Part shown: positions 28,170-42,280 of the stretch, one piece after another
Numbering within the stretch: the stretch's first letter is position 1
How the letters are laid out: the number at the start of each line of letters is the position of its first letter
Assembly (NCBI RefSeq): GCF_009914755.1
Contig: NC_060926.1
Strand: one strand, 5' to 3'
DNA: 64,000 nucleotides
DNA from: the human T2T-CHM13v2.0 reference genome, Homo sapiens
Made by a program: the position numbers and the translations under genes
The notes under the pieces: model-generated
What the model saw: the letters and a program-made list of their open reading frames with translations, nothing else
Told to the model about the DNA's origin: nothing
The model's database searches: none

Positions 28170-29137
28170 TCATGTACAAACTTTGGCGCTCCAGACCCCC
28201 CAGTGCTCTCTGTCCCAGACTGTAAATATGGGATGAGATTTAATGTTCTCCTTCCTAACATAGAGGGTCTAGAATAGGAAAACAAATTATATTTCTATTG
28301 CATTTCCTTTAGTGCTAGTTGGCTAGTTTCCCTTCTTGGTGGGTAACTTTCTCAATTTAAAAAAAATCGTTGTTAAAAGAAGTATATTTTCTTCATTCAA
28401 ACGAGTCTGCATTCTTGGCCCCAGATATGATAGTTTGCTCTCCATTGGCACTAGTGAGGATTCAAAAACAGGACATGCCTCAGCTTCTAACTTAGATTAC
28501 TCAGACTGGTCACTTTTATCTTCTAATGTCTCAGGCTGGTCACTTTCCCTCTCGGCACTTCCCACCTCCCTCAAATTCTGTGCTCCTTTTGCTGCATGCT
28601 TTGAACTTGCCTGTTTCCTCTACTGAATCCAAGCCACTGGAGGACAGGAACCTCTACTTGCACCCATGTGTGATCTTTGAGTGGGATACACCACTGGCTG
28701 AAGTTCAACAGAAAGTAGCATCTCCATGTAGTGATCAGGAGTCCCCCAAGTGCACAGGTCCCAGGAATCTTCCTGAGCTTGGGACCACAGACTCTATGAT
28801 GTGCTCTGCTGGCAGATCAGGGGACTTTGAGTACCTCTCCTGACTTTTCCTCAACAGTCTGCTAAGTGGATTCTCTTGGCTAGAAACATGAGAATTTTCA
28901 ACCATTTCACTTGTCTTGGTGTCTTAGTCCAAGAGTGTGTAAATACAAGAGTGTGCTCAATACACCATGGATAAAGTAAGTTGATAAATCACTTCCTGTT
29001 TCTAATTCCAACTCCTCTTCCATGCCCATACAGGATGTTATGAGTTGAATTGTGCCCTTCCTCTCCATGTGTTAAAGATACAAAGTTATAACTTCTGATA
29101 CCATAGAATGTAAATTTATTTTGGAAAAGTGTCACAT

Positions 29138-29208
29138 TCCCCTTGGTCTAGTGGTTAGGATTCAACACTCTCACTGCCGCAGCCCGGGTTTGATTCCCAG
29201 GCAGGGAA
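29138..29208 (+). tRNA. tRNA-Glu(CTC)-derived copy, probably a pseudogene
   Basis: Colinear with human tRNA-Glu-CTC; intact A-box tggtctagtgg, anticodon CTC at 29170-29172, B-box ggtttgattcc (GTTC changed to GTTT); acceptor and anticodon stems mismatched; no CCA. Confidence 0.9.
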
Positions 29209-29261
29209 GCCTTCCTTCTTTGGCTCTGCCTGCCAACTGCCAGGCCCCTTCACACCTCCCC

Positions 29262-29265
29262 TTTT
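29262..29265 (+). terminator. Putative Pol III terminator (first T4 downstream of the tRNA)
   Basis: First run of four T after the tRNA 3' end; directly abuts Alu nucleotide 1. Confidence 0.5.
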
Positions 29266-29590
<325 letters not shown>

Positions 29591-31117
29591 TCATTAATTA
29601 AGGTGAGGTCCTTAGGGTGGGCCCTAATTCAATAGGACTTATAAAAAGGGGAAATTTGGACATGAAGACAAGCCCACATACAGGGAGAAAGCCATGTGAA
29701 TGTGATGATGGCAATCCACAAGCCAAGGAGAGAGGCCTGGCACAGATCCTTTCCTCATAGCCTTCAGAAGGAACCAACTCACCAACAGCTTGGTTTCAGA
29801 TTTCCACCCTCAAGAACCATGACACAATAAACTTCTGTTATTTAAGCCACCCAGCCATGGCACTTTGTTACAGCAGTTCTGGAAACCAATACACAGGGCC
29901 ATGGTGCTTTTTCAGGCTTCTTTCTGGGTCTGCCTTTGAGAACTGCCCCACACTTAATGATTGTGGAAGGGTCTCCGAGGGATAGTTTCATGTCAATGTT
30001 TCTGTCCAGTGGTGTTCCTGTCTTGTTCTCTCACCTCCTGAATTCCCGTGACCATCTTACCTTGTCCCTCCAAGACATGTTCAGATTCTCCTGGCTAGAT
30101 TGAGACTGATTCCTGAGTTCTTAGACCACTTCTGGCTCCTGAGGGCACAGGCTAACTTATGGGAGGACAGGGCCTCTCCCAGGGGTGAGACCAGAGATCA
30201 CAAACTCACAGCCTGCACATCCAGTGTGATCCAGGGAGAAGTTGTTGGTTCTACTCAAGAGATTTCGGTTTCCTTACAAATTTAAATTTAGTTCCAACAT
30301 TTATAATTTCCATACAAAAATACATCTGTCTTAAAAAATACATTGGAGAATTTGACAACACTGTGTTATTATCTCTCCGTGTCTTGCAAAATTGGTTCAG
30401 ACCAATCTGGTCATGTACAACTCCTAGGTTCTTCTGATAGATAGAAACATCAAAAACTTTGAAGCAAGCAAGAGTTAGCTATCCTACTCAACTTCAAAGT
30501 AAATCTCAGACCAAATTCTGTGACCATCTATTGTTTAACTAAATAAACATTTACTAGCAAGCTGTCTATGAGGTTGGTGAAGTCCTATCAAGCTCTTAGT
30601 AATTTTTGTTGCTTTCAATGAATGTCAAACAAAAGGTACACCGCAGGAAGCTGTCACAGGATTCCAGAAACATGATTCTAGTACCCTGAGTTTCAGTATT
30701 GGATGAACTTCCATGCTCAGACCCAATGGCTAGATGCAGAGATCAGCTTTGGACACCATTTTCTTAGGTAACAGGCCACAGGTGCCACTAATTTCTAATG
30801 TGAAATTCATACAAGTTTGGGTAGTGTCTCAAAATATGCTTTAATTCTGCCAAGAAGCACCTATTTCTTAAATTCCTTATCTAATTAAAAAGCCACTGAT
30901 TAAAAGATGAAATCTGTGACATTGAATATGTTTATTAGCTGAATTTCTGTGTTGATCTGACAGAAGCATTTGTAGTAGCCACTTCTGGACTGTGGACTTC
31001 TAAAAATAATATTGGGTGACTATCGCTGCCGTATGAGTTATTTACTGATCATGATGCCTGCTGCACCTGGTTTGTAGCTTAACCTTACTCCACACAACAT
31101 AGCATTTTGTCTTGGCT

Positions 31118-31290
31118 GCAGTTTCTTACCCTGGCTGCGCATTAGAATCACCTGGAGAGCTTTAAAAAAAATTCCAATGCCCAAGCACGACCCCCAGAGA
31201 TTCTGATTTAATGGGTCAGAAGCAAAGCCCAGACATCAGCATATTTTAAAAGGTCTTCAGGTGATTTTAAAAACTGACAATCGCTGGTTT
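31118..31290. mobile_element. MER5A-like hAT MITE
   Basis: cattagaatcacctggagagcttt...cagagattctgatttaatgggtc...caggtgatt. Confidence 0.75.
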
Positions 31291-31535
31291 CTGCTAAAAT
31301 ATTTTAAAATGCACTACTGTCATGGTAACAACAATTAGCTGGAGCTAAGTGGAGGCTGCTCCGTTTCAGTGGGATGGTGTTCCGCCATGGCCTCACAGGC
31401 ACTTAGTGAGTTAACCCTATGATTTGCTTGGCTTTCTGGCAACTGTGGAACCCATGGCAAGTCTACATCTAGCCTCCAGAACATTTCTATGCTCTCCTAG
31501 GTCCAGTCCCTGTGTAATTGGTCCACCCTTTACTA

Positions 31536-31845
<310 letters not shown>

Positions 31846-32611
31846 TAAAAATCAATTTGCAAATTATACTTTCATGCAAAAGAACAGATTTTTTTACTTA
31901 AAGAAATTTGCTTAAAAGGTCTTATGCCCAGTAAAAGTTTGAGAGGTGCCAGGTTAGCTCTAAAGAAGATTTTCAGTTTTTCTAAGTCCTTACACCTTCT
32001 CCTGAAGAAGCTGTTTCCAAGTGAAGAGCAATGACATAGTGACTGGGCTTACTTCAGTTGTGGTCAATGATTAAACAACAGGGATTTATGTAGCTATATC
32101 CTGCCATCAACTTGACCATACTTTTTCTATAAGAAAAGTTTTATTTAAAAAAATTTATTATTTCTCTTATTTATTTATTTCTATTAATTACTTATATAAT
32201 TCATTTCTACTAACAAACTCTTCCGCAAAATTTGAGTAAATGTTGACAGAAAATTGTTTTGTTTTAATGCGTTGTGTAGCCATTTATACTACCATGTAGA
32301 AGTTCTGCTTATTCCAAATATTTGTTTATTTTGTCCCCCCTTCTTTGTTGTCCTAAACTATTTTTATGGTTTCTCTCCTCTTCTATTTTAGCTTGTATCA
32401 ACTGTTAGCTAGAATAATAGTACTCTAACATCCTAGTTAGAATATGAGGGTTAGAGAGAAAGATTTAGAATTCCTTGGATAAGGATGAACTAGAATGCCC
32501 AGGTATGAGTACTTGGACAAAATTTCTAGGAGATTTCAATATCCAGCATCCACCTCTCCCCTTCCTCAATCCTCTCCCAACCATCCAATCCCCACACGCC
32601 CAACGGAAAAT

Positions 32612-32663
32612 GGATAGATAGATAGATAGATAGATAGATACATAGACAGATAGATAAGTAGAT

Positions 32664-32710
<47 letters not shown>

Positions 32711-32715
32711 GATAG
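32612..32715. repeat. Compound (GATA)n tetranucleotide STR
   Basis: Two GATA blocks with cata/gaca/agta/gat interruptions. Confidence 0.95.
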
Positions 32716-32857
32716 AAAATCACTGACCACAAACCCCAGGCCTTTATTTACTGAACACCTTAGTGATTTCTATATTTTCACTCAGCCCATTTAATGCTAT
32801 ATATAATGCTATTCATTTATTAGGAATTTCAGTGGTCTCTCCATCACTCTCTTCTAA

Positions 32858-33025
32858 TCATGTTTCTCAAACTTGGTTGCACAGTGAATTACCTGAGGAT
32901 CTTTTAAAGATGCCCAGTGCCTGAGATGCACCATAGATCAATTAAGTCAGAATCTCTGGAGGCAAGGCAAGACCCAGTAATTTTTAAAACACCCCAGGTG
33001 ATACCAATGGCTGAGAAGCACTGCT
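32858..33025. mobile_element. MER5A-like hAT MITE
   Basis: tttctcaaacttggttgcaca...attaagtcagaatctctgg...ccccaggtgat...tgagaagcactgct. Confidence 0.75.
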
Positions 33026-33134
33026 CTGAATTGATTAGTAAATAAACTACTTCTAATCCACTCATCAAATCCCCACAAGACGTTCAAAGTCCAGTGAGTC
33101 TTAGACTTTATTATGCAAAAGAGTCTCCCTAGGA

Positions 33135-33280
33135 TACGCTGGCCAGATTAGCAAATGAAAATCGAAAGGAAGTTTGAATCTCAGATATCCAAAGTTTCAT
33201 ATTATAGTATAAGCCTGTCCCATTTGGTTATCTGAGATTCAAAGTGAACTGGGCATCCTATATTTTCTCTGACAACCCTA
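33135..33280. mobile_element. MER53 palindromic hAT MITE nested in a MER5B-like element (about 33092-33420)
   Basis: tttgaatctcagata / tatctgagattcaaa inverted arms, ctgacaacccta end; 8-bp TSD ccctagga / ccctaggt. Confidence 0.8.
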
Positions 33281-33927
33281 CCCTAGGTAAGTTTGTAACA
33301 GTGCGGATTCCAGGGCTCTGCCCAAATCCAATAGGTCAGGAGTAGGTCAAGCTATCTGTATTTTTAAGTAGCACATCAGATGATTTTGTTGCAGGTGATG
33401 GGCCACACTTTTAAGAATGTCATTCCTTTTATCACCTCATTTTTCTATTGGTGGCCAGTATCTAAAATTTTGGGCTTCTTAAAAGCATTACAATAAAACG
33501 TGAGCTTAAGTTGAGAAGTTGAATAGATCTCTTCACAAATGGTGACTCTCATAATTCAATCGATCCAAGGACTAGAACTGGAGTTCACTTGCTGGGTGTG
33601 TAATTAATTCCCTTGACATTTAGACAACAAACACTTTGAAAGTACCTATTTACTTACTTCATATTCAATTTGAGCTACACATTGAGAATGTTGAGACCTT
33701 GTTGTCAATGCCTGCAAGAATTGTGAGCACTGAAGAGTACAACAGAGAGATGCTAACTCTACCTAGCAAAAGTAAAGAATTTACTAGTAACACATTTAAT
33801 TTCTTTAAAATTCAGTCATTCAATTGTTATTTCCATGTACATTTTAATAGAAGTCTATGATGTGCTGGGGTCTGTGCTGAGTGCTGGACTCAAACAGACA
33901 AACACAATATGATCCCTGCTTTAGGTC

Positions 33928-34265
33928 AGCAATCCTCAAATGTTTTGGTCCCAGGATTCCTTTTACCCTCTCAAAAACTTACAGAGAATGTCAAAGAATC
34001 TTTGCTTATTTGTTTAAATATTTATTTATTTATTTATTCATTTAAAATTAATAATTATACATTTGTGTAAACTAAAATAAATATTTTATGAAACATAACT
34101 GTACTCATAAACAATGGTGAAAGGGTGGCATTATCTTTTTCTGCAAATTTCTTTACTATCTGACTTAACAGAAGACAGGTGGAATCTTAATCTCTGCTTC
34201 TGCATTTAATTTGTTGGGTGATGTTGTTTTGGTTGATGTATATAAGGAAAATCTGGCCCCGTAAA
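33928..34265 (-). mobile_element. Charlie1-family 3' end fragment
   Basis: Reverse complement resembles 47330-47620 plus 55224-55275 (gcagaagcagagattaagattccacctgtcttctgttaagtcagata). Confidence 0.75.
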
Positions 34266-35567
34266 CATACTGAATCATCTGAACACAGGCTGCATTGAGA
34301 GAGCATACATTGTGGCAATGTGGCACACTGTGGTAGGCAGGACAGAGAGGCAAATCACAGATTAAATCAGTGGTCTCTATACATGTTTAATTACATATCT
34401 TTGCCAATTACATATTTTCAGCAGAAATACACACATGCACACATTATTATCACTCAATGATAATTCACTTGTTCTGAGGTACTTTGTTAATTATAGGGAG
34501 TATAAATCCTTATTTCAAATAATCTTCTTAAAAATTTCACTTTTCATTTTCCCCCAGATCTTCACAGATCTGATTTCGTAATATGGTTGATAGGAGTAAA
34601 AGTGTCAGTTTCATGATTTTCTTAATGTTCACTTCTATTATTAGCATTTATGTTAATCTGTGATTTCTGTTTAAGAATATTTTTAAGATACTTGTCCATT
34701 TCATGAGGGCTACTTTAGATAACCCAGAAAACATAATCCATAACTCCACTCACCCAGAACCTAACCTACAGAAAGACTGAGCTACTGAGGGCACCACTAT
34801 TATTCCTGCAGCATCATGGAATCCCATTCTCCTCTGAGAACACCTTAGGAGCACAGTTGAAATAGTATCTGACCAGGGAACTGAGGGAAGACCCCAGGAT
34901 CAAGCAATATATTAGATATGAGTTGTGCTTAATTTCTCTTCTTTTTTTCCTCCAAAATATAAGTTCTAGTGTTTTCTTTCCACCCAGGGGTATGGTCTGG
35001 GCACACCTGCGGGGCAGATCACTAGAGGAAACTGGATTGAACCTGGTGTGATTACCACCCTGGAAGACTGTAGGTGCAATGGAGGCATCATCAGGAGCAC
35101 TGGGGCAATGTGACTGCTTCAAGAAAGCCTTGCTGGAGTAAGGAATACTTGCACTAAGGTTTGAAGAACAAAAGGACATGGAGTGGTGAGGTTGTGCATT
35201 CCAAACAAAGGGTACTTATATATTGTGATTTTAACTGGAATAATTTTGAAATTTCCTTCACTGAAAATCATAAATAAAAATCAATAGCGATAATTGATTA
35301 GTGACTAGGGGCCAGAGCTAGCTAAGTGTCATACACACATTTGGTCATCTGTTATTCCAACAACTCCATAAGTTGAGTACTGTGTTACATCTGAGGAATC
35401 TGAAGCTCAAAGAATATAAGGCCACACAGCTAGTCACCAATAAAACTATAGTAATAAGGCTTGTGTTCTCTATTGCTGTATGATATTGCTGCCTTAATGG
35501 AGCATATGGTAGAGTAGGAAAAAAATGTGAAATGATTAAAGTAATTTCAGAATGTGATTAGTGCTAT

Positions 35568-36716
35568 TGGTAGTGGCAGAAGACAAATTCCTAGGCAAAT
35601 AGGGACAAGTCCCTGGTGAAACCCAACTTTCTAGCTGAAGACAGTTTAAAGCCTGAAAACCAAGCAACGAGTCTCAGATAAATCCACAAACCAGACTGAG
35701 AACCTCTCTTCCCATTTGGCACACTTTCCTCTGATTAATCCCCAGCCTTCGCCTATTTTACATGTAATCTAACCTTCCCTAAATGGTTTTTTACACTGTT
35801 GTGCCCACCTTTGAGTAGTGTCTTTATTTATTTATTTATTTATTTATTTTGGCTTTTTGCATACTCACAAACCAATCAGTACTCACTCCCCCATTCTGAG
35901 CCCATAAAAGCCCCGGGATCAGCCACATTTGGGAGAGGTACCCAACTTTGGGTAGGGGGTTGCCCCCTTTGAGTCCCCTCTCTGCTGAAAACTGTTCCAT
36001 TGCTCAATAAAGCTCTCTACCCTGCTCACACTCTGGTTGTCAGCACAACTTCATTCTTCTAGGACACGGTACAAGAACTTGGGACCCACCAAGTGCAGGT
36101 ATAAATAAAGCTATATAATGCTGTAGCCTTCTACCCGCTACCAGTGCCGAGCAGCCATTCCACGCAATGGGAAGCAGCAGTAGAGCTAGGCCAGCACAGC
36201 AGCCATGGACTTGAGCAAGGAAATGGGACTGGAAGAGCTGTTAACACTTCTCTATTCGCTGAGCTGCGAATGGTGGGAATGACACCCCTTGGGGCTCTGC
36301 AGTTCCTGGCATCTCTGAGTTTTCAGGTGCCACTGCGTCCCCCTCATCTGGACACTAGAGTCCACCATGGGAATCACTTGTGACATGCCTGGTACAGCTG
36401 CAAGTCCTGCCTTGAGCCCGCACCTCTGCTGGCACTTTGAGTAGCCTACCCGCCAGAGCAGCTGATGTGCCTGGCTGTGTGCTGTGGCCAGACCCCATGC
36501 TCACTCGCTCACATACCCCTTCCTGCTGTGGGCTGAGCATGCAGTCGTGGTGGTCATGGGATCTGGGCTGGGGCAGAAGCCGGGCTGGGGCAGAAGCCGA
36601 GCTGAGTGGGTACTTTGTGCAGTGAGCCTGGAGCTGAGCAAGGCCGGGGCAGGGGAGTCACTGGTCATGGAGGTCTCCAGCTGGTGAGGCCACATAAAAA
36701 AAAAAATCCTGTGTCA
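35568..36716 (+). mobile_element. ERV1 solo LTR of the LTR28/LTR1/MER52 group (1149 bp)
   Basis: TG...CA termini, perfect 4-bp TSD ctat (35564-35567, 36717-36720), CCAAT about 35872, TATA-like cataaaa about 35903, AATAAA about 36006; inserted in an L2 remnant. Confidence 0.85.
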
Positions 36717-39204
36717 CTATGAAATGGAAAAAATGAGCTGAGATAAAAAGTGATAGAGGAGCCTATTGGGTGGTCAATGATAGCATCTCCAAGATGACAT
36801 TTAAGTTGAATTTAAAGGACTAAGAGGCTGTTGCCATGTACAGAGAATGAAGAAAGCCCATTCCAGAAAAAGGCAAGGGCATATACAAAGGCCCTGCTTT
36901 GGGACAGAGTCATCCGCAGAAACCAACTGCTGCCTTTGACTGCGTATGTGGGAAAATGGATAGAGAAAGGGGCTGGCTGGCTGCACATGGTGCCCCAGGA
37001 GGCAAGCTATAGTTCCATGGTTTGTATTCAGTGTGTTATGTCTCATTTGATTCTTCTTCAAGTGATTGGAGTATTAAAACATAAACTTGCCATTTGAGCC
37101 ATAGCTACTACCTTATCACCTGGAGACTTTTATTATCTTGATAAGATCACTCAGGCATGACATGTGAACAAGGTACAGCTTGGCCTGCACTCAAAAGGAA
37201 AATCTGATGCAATCTGCACGTTAAAATAGAATTGAGCAATCAATTATTAATACGACAATGCAGACATGAAAATCTCGTTATGTAAAAAAGTAGAAATATT
37301 TATTTCTAAGATAACTTTAATAATACAGCATATTATCCATTTAACATATTTTTATAGAATTATCTTTTCCCTTAGAAAATCTTCAGAAATAAGTATGACT
37401 TTGCTGTGTAATCACTTACTGTACAATATTAATAATCCAAAAATAAATATATTTGCATGATTGCTGTACTAATGATGAAATTAGAAATTTGTGCTCACAG
37501 CTAATTTTCTTTGTCTTGTATCCCTAACACTTTGTATCCAATTTCACTTAAGCAGTGTCCGCTGGGAACACAGAGTTGTAGCACCAAAGGGAATGAGATT
37601 TAGATGTGTGTAAGGTACGTTTCATTTTCCTGGTCTCTGACACTCACTTAGCAACTGATAGCATTATTGATTATAGTGATGGCGTTGTTGATTTTAGGAG
37701 TCATTCTAAGCCCTGCAGGCCTCTGAAAAAAGGATCCTGCTTCACAAAAAAAGAATAATTTTCAAGATGTGGTGAGTTTGATCCTTTACCCTCTTGTGGA
37801 ATAAGGAGCACATGGTTGGAAATCAGCATTAGCCTGAGGCTGAATCTTAGACTTAGTACCTTTTCAAGGTTTCTTATCAATTTAAGCCTGCTTGGCCTGA
37901 CTTCCAGCCACACCCACCCTTGTGGGATTTCACTTCAAACTGGGCTGCAGTACCTGGTTCAGGACTTGTACCCTGTAAACCCCAGCAACTGCCATTCCTG
38001 GAAATCCTGCATTACAACAGCCCTGCCTTTGAAGAGAGAGGTTACTACAGTGTATCATCATGTTGCACAAGCACAACTGGAGTTATATAATCAGAATTCA
38101 GCTCTTTCATTTTGTCACTATTTCTTTAAATTTGTTCACATTTTATTGTTCTTAGATGAAAACTCAGACAAACCCATCCATGCCTTTTTGTGTGTCTTTT
38201 AAGCTTTAAGTCACACACAAAAAGTCACACACATGGTCATATTGTCCCTCAAGTCATGAGTTCTCAAATCAGAAATAGGAATCTAGTTCAATATATTAAT
38301 CAATGGCCAGAATTTGATTCGATATCAGATCTTTTCCCCATTTTCAGGTCATGTCAGCTTTAGGCTAAAAATCTAAAATGAAAAAAAGGGGAAAGCACTG
38401 GTCTCTTTTCTATTTCTCTGCTAACTTCTTTCTATCTTCTTCTCACTCTACTTCATTTCTTGCTAGCCAGTTTCTGACTGCTCCATGAGAGACAGAAGGG
38501 CAGCACAGAGATAGGAAAATTCTATTTGGTCCAGTGCCTTTGTAATCTGGCCTCACACTCACTGGTGATGGTGCTGGTGTGTGCTTAAAGTGGACTCTCT
38601 TGAGCACCTGCATGAGCTCTTTGGTCATCCCTATGCCTGCCACCTGCCATCTAGATTATGATGTGAATAACGCCTCCTGGAATTCTGCAAGGCAGCAACC
38701 CTGCTTTGGAAGAAAGAAGTTATTATGGTGTCATTAGTACATTGAATAGGCAAAATTTGAGTTAGAATCAGAATGCAGCTCTTTTCTTCCAACTTTCATG
38801 ACGTGACATGGGCAATGAGCATTTTCCTTCCCCTGGCTTCTCTCAAACTACCCTTCAGCTTTTGCTTCCCTGTTGGTCCTCCTCACTCAGACTTGGCTTT
38901 GAGGTGGTCTTACCAACTCCAGAGCGCCTTCTCTCTTGTGATTCACACCTGGGTCAAAGACAACGCTAGACATGTGTTGCCTCTGACCTGCCTGGTCAGT
39001 GTGTACATCACTTTATCCTGCTGCCTTAAGCGACTTTAGCTTGCTTGAGCTGCAGTCCATCATCCCCTTGACCACAGTGAATACCAAACAACTATCTGAA
39101 AGGTCCACTTGAAGAATCTCCTCACCAGCTTTGGGTTTAGATTGTAGCAAATTCTCTTCTCCTTCCAGAAGACAGGGGAGTACAGGCAACAGCTCTCTCT
39201 ATCA

Positions 39205-39493
39205 CAGCACTGTTCAATAGAAATTCAGTGTGAGCCACACAGGTAATTTTGACTTTCTCGTAGCCACATTAAAAAGAAATGGGTAAAAATGTGTTAGTAA
39301 TATATTTTATTTAATATGTCCATATATCCAAAATACTATTTCAACATGAAACCAATATATAAAAAGTATTAATGAGATAATTTATAATATTTTTACCCCA
39401 TAAGTCTTTGAATCCAGAAAGTATTTTACACTTAAAGCACATCTCCATTTGGACTAGCCACATGTAGCTAGGGGGTACAATATTGGACAGTGA
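39205..39493. mobile_element. MER33 hAT MITE
   Basis: cagcactgttcaatagaa...tagccacattaaaaag...tggactagccacat...tattggacagtg. Confidence 0.8.
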
Positions 39494-39529
39494 AGATCTA
39501 TTGAAAATCTCCCCTACTCTCTCCATTTT

Positions 39530-40160
39530 TAAAAACAGACTTAATAAAATATTAAGACTTAATAATGCCCCTTAATAAAATACAATTTACATACTATCAA
39601 ATTCTCTCATTTTGCGTGTACAATTAAGTGTTTTTTAGTAAATTTGCAGAGTTGTGCAACCTTCAATTCAATTTTAGAACATTTTGATTACCCCTCAAAA
39701 GTCCTTTGTAATCGCTGTCAGTTCCTACACCTAGATCTAGGCAACCACTAGTCTACTTTCTGTCTCTATAGATTCGTCTTTTCTGGACATTTCATATTAA
39801 TAGAATTATACAATATGTGATCATTTGCTTCTTTCACTTAGCATATTTTTGAGGTTTATCCATGTTGTAGCATGTTTCAATATTTGGTTTCCTTTTATTG
39901 CCAAATAGTATTCCATTGTATGGACATACCACCATTTGCTTATCAATTTCCAGATCGATAAACATTGTAGGTGTTTCCAGTTTTTGGCTATTATGAATAA
40001 TGCTGCTATGAGCATTCATGTACAAGTCTTTGGGTGGAAATATGCTCTAAATTTTCTTGGTAGATGCCTTTAAGTGGAGATGCTGAGACATATGGTAAAT
40101 TGATATTTAACTTATGAAGAAACTGCCAAATTGTTTTCCAAAGTGGTTGTACCATTTCCC
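39530..40160 (-). mobile_element. L1MB-like 3' fragment
   Basis: ORF 39821-40015 IAALFIIAKNWK...WWYVHTMEYYLAIK is the L1 ORF2 C-terminus, followed by L1MB-type 3' UTR. Confidence 0.85.
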
Positions 40161-41229
40161 TTCACTTTCTGATTCCTTTTTATGTATCCTTGATTTTATA
40201 AGGATCTAAGAGCCAGGAAACCGGTCTTCCATGACTTCCTTTGAAAATTGTGCATGTGGAGTCCTGCATCTTTCATATTAGTAGTTATCAGATGGTCATA
40301 TCTATAGATATCAAGTCTGCAAGAGTCCCATTTTAACATCTTCTTATAATATAGAGATTGATTCTTAGCACAAGAACCTCTTAGGAAAAGTTAAGCACTT
40401 CTTAAAAATGATCTCCTGTGACTCTTTAAAGGACACACACCTCAAAAGTATTGGAAAACAAGGTCTATGTGCACAGCATTTCTAGCATGTGGCTCTTGCA
40501 AACAATTAATTAGTAAAAGATGCACTTAGGCAGAGAATTTTCAATTTGTGTATAACAAAACAGGTGATCCTAACAGCTCTCCTACATCGTGGGAGGGGCA
40601 TTATTTCTGAATAAGGGTCTCTATGAGCAGCTTGACTTTGAAAGAGACCTTGTCTCTCTCATGAGTGCATCTATGACTGCTAAATTTTAAATAAAAGGCC
40701 CCTAGATGTAGAAAGAATGGGAGGAGACACTGGACACAATTTCTTTGTAAATTAGAAAGAACTATTCTGTTGTTTCTTGTTTTTATCAGTTTAATAATCC
40801 TGTTGGGGTTTTTGAGAAAACTTGAGCCCAATGTCTTATGACTCCAGTGATTTTTCTTGGTGTTCACCGGAGGGGAATGAGAAAGACAATGTGTAGATTT
40901 AATCAGCATTTGATTTTTCCTCAATCCCTTTGCATGTAGAGAGGAGCAGCTGGTTGTAGGTAATCTTGCTCTTGGGAATTATCAAGTAAAAGAAAGAGAC
41001 AAGCAGCAGCTTCTACAAAGGCAGCTTTTATGAGGCTGAGCTAGAAAATCACCAGAGAAGCAGCTGGGTTCACCATTTTCATCCAAGTAATTACTGGAAG
41101 AGATAGATGGTTTTCAAGGTCATTTGTAGAAAGGGGAACTAATGGCCAGCCCTTTCTCTGGGGGAACATTCACAAGACAGAGGATAGATGAAGATGTCAA
41201 TTTTCCAGCCTGTCTGAAAGAAGCAAGAG

Positions 41230-41420
41230 CAGTGTTCAGAAATGAGGGCTTTTCCCATTGGGTAAGAAAGACCAGAGTTCAAACTCTGCCTCTGTTAGCG
41301 CTTAGCTGTGTGACTTTGGGCACATAGCTTAACCTCTCTAAGCCTTAGTTTTCTCATTTGCAACATGAGGACGATAATACCCATATTGTAGGTATTTTGT
41401 GAGTATGAAATGAGATACTC
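41230..41420 (+). mobile_element. MIR
   Basis: gttcaaactctgcctctg...ttagctgtgtgactttgggc...cttaacctctctaagccttagttttctcatttg. Confidence 0.85.
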
Positions 41421-42124
41421 AGGTAGGATTTACTCCCATCTCCTTTTCAGAAACTAAGTCAACTAGTTTATCTAGAAGTCTCCATCTAACATAACCAACA
41501 TCTAGGACAACAGGCGTTGTCCTTTTCTTTTGAAATCATTCCCATTAAATACATTTTGGAAATGATGTTTTCTGGTTATCACAGCCACTATAACAAATGA
41601 GACCAAAGATCTTTTAAATACCTCACCTTAAAAAATGAATCAAAATGAATAAATCACTTTTCAGAAACAAAACTCATTAAAGACATATTTTATTGCATAG
41701 CTGTTCCTTTGATCCAAACCAATTAATAAGCCATCTCAACCTATAAATGTTATTAACTAACCTTGAGCTTAGTCTTATGGTTCAAACTTGTTCTGGGGAC
41801 AGGGCTGGTCTTTGCTGTGGCTGAAGTAGGGCCTCTTGATTCTCTGGGCTTCTAAGAAAGGGAGGTATAAAGCTATGTGGAGGTGGGGTTTGGTAAGGTA
41901 GTTTTTCATGCCAACCCTTGAGGGCTATTAATAGCAATACTGAGCTAAAGCTGGTTGGTTGCTATTGCAGTCCTCATAGAAAATTAAACTTTGTAATGTA
42001 AGCTTGTTATCCAGCAGTCAAGGAACTGGCTTGACGGCTGAAGTGCTTTCTTTATGTTTGGAGAGACAAGCGATAGACTGGCATATATCTGTATTTGCCA
42101 GTTACCTCAAAAGCCCTGATAATC

Positions 42125-42280
42125 GGTGTTTCAAAGAGTGTATTCCAAACCCAAATATATCAGAATCCCCCAGATTATTGGTAAAATGCAGATTCTTAGG
42201 CCCAAACTGTTGAATCAGTATCTGGTGTGGCCTAATAATGTGAATTTTATACAATGTTCTAAATGAGACATTCAAACTTA
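42125..42280. mobile_element. MER5-family MITE
   Basis: atcagaatcccccag...taaaatgcagattcttaggccca...tgaatcagtatctgg. Confidence 0.7.

Noticed and set aside
29138-29208. Functional tRNA-Glu gene
   Set aside because: Broken acceptor and anticodon stems, T-loop C-to-T change and retroposed context make a functional tRNA unlikely.
36144-36695. Cluster of short GC-rich ORFs, possible CpG-island promoter
   Set aside because: Entirely within the ERV1 LTR; CpG density too low for an island.
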